This document shows, in pieces, positions 60,163 through 64,000 of a DNA stretch of 64,000 nt. A model generated the notes under the pieces. It searched no databases and was not told the origin of the DNA. It saw only the letters and a program-made list of their open reading frames with translations. Location: the NCBI GenBank assembly GCA_030141605.1, contig JAQGDQ010002410.1, forward strand, positions 6,125 through 70,124, written 5' to 3'. Origin of the DNA: Tubiluchus corallicola. Its lineage: Eukaryota; Animalia; Priapulida. The position numbers were made by a program, and so were the translations under genes. Position 1 is the stretch's first letter. Every line of letters begins with the position of its first letter.

Positions 60163-60675
60163 CTAATTGGTTTTATACTTAAATGTTACCTGTTTCAATT
60201 CTTTGTTGGCACTTTCTATTTTCTTTTCTAGAGAACTTTTGAAGTTTTTTACTTTTTCAAACACATCTTTATCACTTGTACTTAATATCTGAGCAGCAAG
60301 TATTCCTGCATTTCTTGCACCATCAAGCCCCACTGTAGCTACAGGTATTCCCGGCGGCATTTGTAATATAGAGAGTATAGAGTCCCATCCATCAATAGAT
60401 ATAGATGCCTTGATAGGCACTCCTATAATAGGCAAAGTAGTAAAAGCTGCTATTACACCCGGAAGATGAGCAGCTCCTCCTGCTCCTGCTATAACTACTC
60501 TGATGCCTCGCTCGCGAGCATTTTTGGCAAACTTTTCTACTTGATTGGGAGTACGATGAGCTGACAGAGCATTGATTTCAAAAGGAATTTCTAACTCATC
60601 TAAAACCTTAGCTGCTTCCTCCATTACAGACATATCAGAGGTACTGCCCATTATAATACTTACTTTTGGTGTCAT
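60163..60675 (-). CDS. purE: N5-CAIR mutase
   Basis: IIMGSTSD, SAHRTP, AGAGGAAHLPG, QMPPGIPVATV. Confidence 0.97.
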   Translation of the reverse strand: MTPKVSIIMGSTSDMSVMEEAAKVLDELEIPFEINALSAHRTPNQVEKFAKNARERGIRVVIAGAGGAAHLPGVIAAFTTLPIIGVPIKASISIDGWDSILSILQMPPGIPVATVGLDGARNAGILAAQILSTSDKDVFEKVKNFKSSLEKKIESANKELKQVTFKYKTN

Positions 60676-60793
60676 AATTACTATTTGTTAAAATCTAACC
60701 TAAAATAAAGAAAGGCAAAAATATAAAAATTTATTTGAAAAAATTTCATATCTTTGATTTTTCAAATTCCACTTAAACAAAATTTTTAAAAAT

Positions 60794-60973
60794 ATGAAAA
60801 GAATAGCATTATTACTTTGTCTTACTTTTTCAATAGCTGCTGTTTCAATAGCTCAGGAAAAGAAGGAAGAAACTAAAAAAGAAGAATGCACTAAAACTAA
60901 AAAGAACAAAGAGTGCAAAAAAACAAAAAAAGAATGCGATAAGGAAAAAGGAGAAAAAACAAACCAACAATAA
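60794..60973 (+). CDS. Small secreted Lys/Glu-rich protein with Cys residues (59 aa, not in ORF track)
   Basis: MKRIALLLCLTFSIAAVSIAQEKKEETKKEECTKTKKNKECKKTKKECDKEKGEKTNQQ*; TATCTTTG at 60749 upstream and a terminator downstream. Confidence 0.75.
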   Translation: MKRIALLLCLTFSIAAVSIAQEKKEETKKEECTKTKKNKECKKTKKECDKEKGEKTNQQ

Positions 60974-60984
60974 ATTAACCCTTA

Positions 60985-61660
60985 TCATTGATTATTAAAA
61001 GACTGTTTTTTTAACAGTCTTTTTTTATTTTTGGGAATAGCGAGATTAATGCCCTCCAACACCTTAAGTGAATGAGACCCCGCATACTGAAAAGTAAGAT
61101 TGTTGATATAATAAGCCTCCTGTGGTATAATTTTTATTTTAGTAAGTGTATCCTCTTCTTTGTTGGCAGTATGTATTTCTCGCAATCGCTCTATAGATAT
61201 TTCAGCATCTTGATACAAATGTAAAAACTGAATAGTTTGTTCTACTGCCACATTAGTTTGTCCTAAAATATATTGAGCTGATAGCATTGCTCCAAGTGTC
61301 ATATGCCCATCAAGTACAAACTTAGCAGATAAAAAAATGATGAAAATATTTTTAAGCTCATTAAAGAAAGTAGCCCCAGTTGTTTGATACTGGTCAAGCT
61401 TCATCGCTTTAATGTTAATCTTAAATAAGCGAGCTTGTATTTTTTCCCACTCCCACCGTTTAGTAGTTTCGGTATTGTTAAGTTTTATCTCCTGCATTCC
61501 TGTAATGATTTGATATATTTTTGACTGATTTTCAAACAACTGCGAAAACTTTTGATAATCAAGTACTCTACGTTTTTTAATAAAAAGGCTTACCCATAGA
61601 AAGTACAATCCTGTTCCAACTAGATAAATAAGAAGTATCTCCCAAATATAAATAAATTGT
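60985..61660 (-). pseudogene. Internal fragment of a peptidase-domain ABC exporter (PCAT/HlyB-like)
   Basis: KKRRVLDY..F, GMQEIKLNN...KRWEWE.IQARLF, MTLGAMLSAQYILGQ, QDAEISIERL; lacks the C39 peptidase N-terminus and stops before Walker A. Confidence 0.85.
60997..61026 (+). terminator. Intrinsic terminator
   Basis: aaaagactgtt-ttttt-aacagtctttt followed by a T run. Confidence 0.75.
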
Positions 61661-61692
61661 CAACAAATACGCTGAGGTGGTAAGAATGTTTT

Positions 61693-62595
61693 CTATTCTC
61701 CTTTAATGAAATATCTTTTTATTCTTTTATAGAACAAGATATAAGCATCTATGTTAAGTATGGTAGAATCTTTAGCTGCTTTATAGGTAAGAAATATTCC
61801 TAACGGAAACAATATGATTGAAGAAGCCCACATTGCTTTATAAACAGACACTTCCAGCTCTTTTGCCATTTTTTCTCCCGAAACGGATATAATGTAATAT
61901 ACAAGAAATAACATTATTGCTATTACAAGTGGCATTCCAAGCCCCCCTTTTCTAATGATGGCACCAAAGGGTGCTCCTATAAAAAAGAATACAAGACAAG
62001 TGAATGACAAAGCAAATTTCTTATGCCACTCCATCTGGTACTTGGCTATTAGCTTTTGATTCGACTCTATGGTTTTCCCCTTGTTATGGGTAAGATAGTC
62101 TAACACATCTTCCTTTGTTATTCTATTACCTGCTCCAGTACCTGCTATTTTTTCTAACTCTTTTAATGGTATACCCTCTTTTAAAGCAATGTTTCTTACC
62201 AATGGAGATAATAGTCCTCCAGTGGTTGTTTTATGAGGTAGAATTTCGGGAATATCTTTTTTCTCAATTGTTTCTTCGTGCTTAAAATTGCTTGTGGGTT
62301 CTTCCTTTTTTGTTGCAGTAGGTGGGGGAGTTGTGGTCTTATCTGTCTCATCACTATCTGTTTTTAAGATAGCAATCACATCGCCTATTTGAGGGGTATC
62401 ATTTTCTTTAAACAGAAACTTTTCTATTGTTCCACTTGCCGGAGCTGGAACTTCGGAATCTACTTTATCAGTAGCTACTTCTATCAGGGGAGTATCTTCT
62501 TCTACATAATCGCCTTCACTCACCAAAATTTTTGTAATAGTTGCTTCAAATACACCCTCTCCCATGGCAGGTAAAAGAATCTCCATTTTCGACAT
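61693..62595 (-). CDS. Chimeric ORF: 2-oxoacid dehydrogenase E2 lipoyl and PSBD domains fused to an LptF/LptG C-terminus
   Basis: About aa 1-170: [33 protein letters not shown]...[11 protein letters not shown]; about aa 180-300: [34 protein letters not shown]; no E2 catalytic domain. Confidence 0.88.
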   Translation of the reverse strand: MSKMEILLPAMGEGVFEATITKILVSEGDYVEEDTPLIEVATDKVDSEVPAPASGTIEKFLFKENDTPQIGDVIAILKTDSDETDKTTTPPPTATKKEEPTSNFKHEETIEKKDIPEILPHKTTTGGLLSPLVRNIALKEGIPLKELEKIAGTGAGNRITKEDVLDYLTHNKGKTIESNQKLIAKYQMEWHKKFALSFTCLVFFFIGAPFGAIIRKGGLGMPLVIAIMLFLVYYIISVSGEKMAKELEVSVYKAMWASSIILFPLGIFLTYKAAKDSTILNIDAYILFYKRIKRYFIKGE

Positions 62596-62746
62596 AATAA
62601 AAAAAATAAATTTATATTAAATTCAATATACAAATTTAAGCAATAAAATTATATGGTCTCTTATTTTTAATAAATAAAAGAAGCTTGATATTATGAATGT
62701 TTTTAAAAAAATATATATTTGTAGAAGAAATTTAAATAAAAAGGCT

Positions 62747-63130
62747 ATGTCAGAAAAAAAGAAATTTCAAATAGAGTTTGTTTTCAATATTTCAGTGCCT
62801 ATGCTTTATGAAAGACTAAGTACTCCTGCTGGTTTGGCGGAATGGTTCGCAGATGATGTAAATATAAAAGATGGTAATTTGAAATTTATTTGGGATGGAT
62901 CAGAGCAAGAGGCCAAAGTGATTAAAAGAAAAAAAAATGAACTTATACGTTTCAAATGGTTAGACGATGAGGAGGAAAGTACTTATTTTGAATTTTATCT
63001 TAAAAAAGATGAATTAACGAATGAAGTAGCTCTTATTATTACAGATTTTTCGGATGCAGCTGATTTAGAGGAAAATAAAGACCTGTGGCACACTCAGATG
63101 AAGCAACTGCAACGTAGATTAGGAATGTAA
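62747..63130 (+). CDS. START-like (SRPBCC) domain protein
   Basis: LSTPAGLAEWFADDV, F.WDGSE, IRFKW, LIITDF; start at MSEKK because TATATTTG (-7 element) lies at 62714. Confidence 0.88.
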   Translation: MSEKKKFQIEFVFNISVPMLYERLSTPAGLAEWFADDVNIKDGNLKFIWDGSEQEAKVIKRKKNELIRFKWLDDEEESTYFEFYLKKDELTNEVALIITDFSDAADLEENKDLWHTQMKQLQRRLGM

Positions 63131-63154
63131 ACGTGTTTTAGTTCTTTTATTCTT

Positions 63155-64000
63155 ATGCTCCTGAAAACATCACATTGGTATTTAATAAAATCGTATTTAG
63201 GGCCTCTTATTCTTACCTTTTTTATAGCCATATTTATTCTTCTTATGCAATTTCTATGGAGGTATATAGATGACCTTATAGGCAAAGGATTAGATTGGAA
63301 AATAATTGCAAAGCTAATCTTTTATGCTTCGGGTAGTTTTGTTACTTTAGCACTTCCACTTGCTGTATTGTTGTCCTCTATAATGGTATTTGGAAATATG
63401 GGAGAGCATTTTGAGCTCATCGCCTTTAAATCAGCGGGTGTATCTTTGTATAGAATAATGAAGCCACTTATAATGCTTGTAGTTTTTCTAAGTATAGGAA
63501 CATATTTTTATGCTAATTATACAATGCCTGTAACGCATCTCAAATTCATCTCATTGCTCTATGATATTAGAAAGCAAAAAGTAGATATGGATATAAGACC
63601 TGGCATATTTAGCCCTTTCTTAGATGATTATGTTATAAAAACTAGCAATAAAAATCAAAAAACTGAAGTTTTGGAGGATGTGATTATATATGATCATAGC
63701 AAAAAGAAAGGAAACACTGATGTAACGGTTGCAAAAACAGCAACAATGAAAATCAATAAGCAAGAAACCTTTTTTATATTAACCCTGAATGAAGGAAAAA
63801 CTTATAAAGAGGACAAGGATGTAAAAGGAAAAAAGATAGCTCCTATACAAGTAGAAAATTTTCAAAAGAAGGTGATAAAAATTCCATTAGATGGGCTACA
63901 ATTAAATAGAACAGACGAAAAGCTATTCAAAAACAATGCCTCTATGATGAATGTGAGGCAATTACGAGAAAAGGTGAAAGGACAAAGAAAAAGCTTAGGT
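63155..64000 (+). CDS. LptF/LptG family permease, N-terminal part (runs off the window)
   Basis: My translation MLLKTSHWYLIKSYLGPLILTFFIAIFILLMQFLWRYIDDLIGKGL...ALPLAVLLSSIMVFGNMGEHFELIAFKSAGVSL.RIMKPL. Confidence 0.92.
   Translation, partial: MLLKTSHWYLIKSYLGPLILTFFIAIFILLMQFLWRYIDDLIGKGLDWKIIAKLIFYASGSFVTLALPLAVLLSSIMVFGNMGEHFELIAFKSAGVSLYRIMKPLIMLVVFLSIGTYFYANYTMPVTHLKFISLLYDIRKQKVDMDIRPGIFSPFLDDYVIKTSNKNQKTEVLEDVIIYDHSKKKGNTDVTVAKTATMKINKQETFFILTLNEGKTYKEDKDVKGKKIAPIQVENFQKKVIKIPLDGLQLNRTDEKLFKNNASMMNVRQLREKVKGQRKSLG

Noticed and set aside
143-63285. Many short ORFs in the track that overlap or lie antisense to long genes (e.g. 5119-5712, 7196-7654, 11971-12561, 25029-25523, 36583-37023)
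   Set aside because: Shadow ORFs of well-supported genes with no recognisable motifs

Overview
Low-GC Bacteroidota (Bacteroidales-like) chromosomal window, mostly housekeeping genes: rpmB-rpmG-DUF4295-ftsY, lpxD, a dcw cluster running mraZ to ftsW, hemL, ruvX, typA, xerD, tgt, queA, metH, leuB, aconitase, uvrB, purE. Accessory content: a frameshifted type IIG restriction-modification gene at the left end, a three-gene SusC/SusD/GH144 polysaccharide utilisation locus, an AraC/VOC pair, and separated fragments of a peptidase-ABC exporter and its HlyD partner. No rRNA, tRNA, CRISPR array, intact transposase or prophage was seen. The most unusual signals are structural. (1) An apparent intragenic inversion near 62.06 kb fuses the lipoyl/PSBD half of a 2-oxoacid dehydrogenase E2 in frame to the C-terminus of an LptF/G permease, whose N-terminus lies about 1 kb away on the other strand. 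(2) A dispersed MITE-like family (7 copies, GGTAATGT...ACATTACC ends) has a central hairpin showing compensatory changes. (3) A 104-nt tract made only of A and C sits at a deletion junction in hlyD. (4) Strand compositional bias flips in blocks and several conserved operons are broken. (5) The hsp20 leader has a sigma54-like promoter, twin palindromes and a strong Shine-Dalgarno. Items 1 and 3 and the RM frameshift could be assembly or sequencing artefacts and need read-level checks. All product calls come from motif and family recognition by eye; no database search was run.
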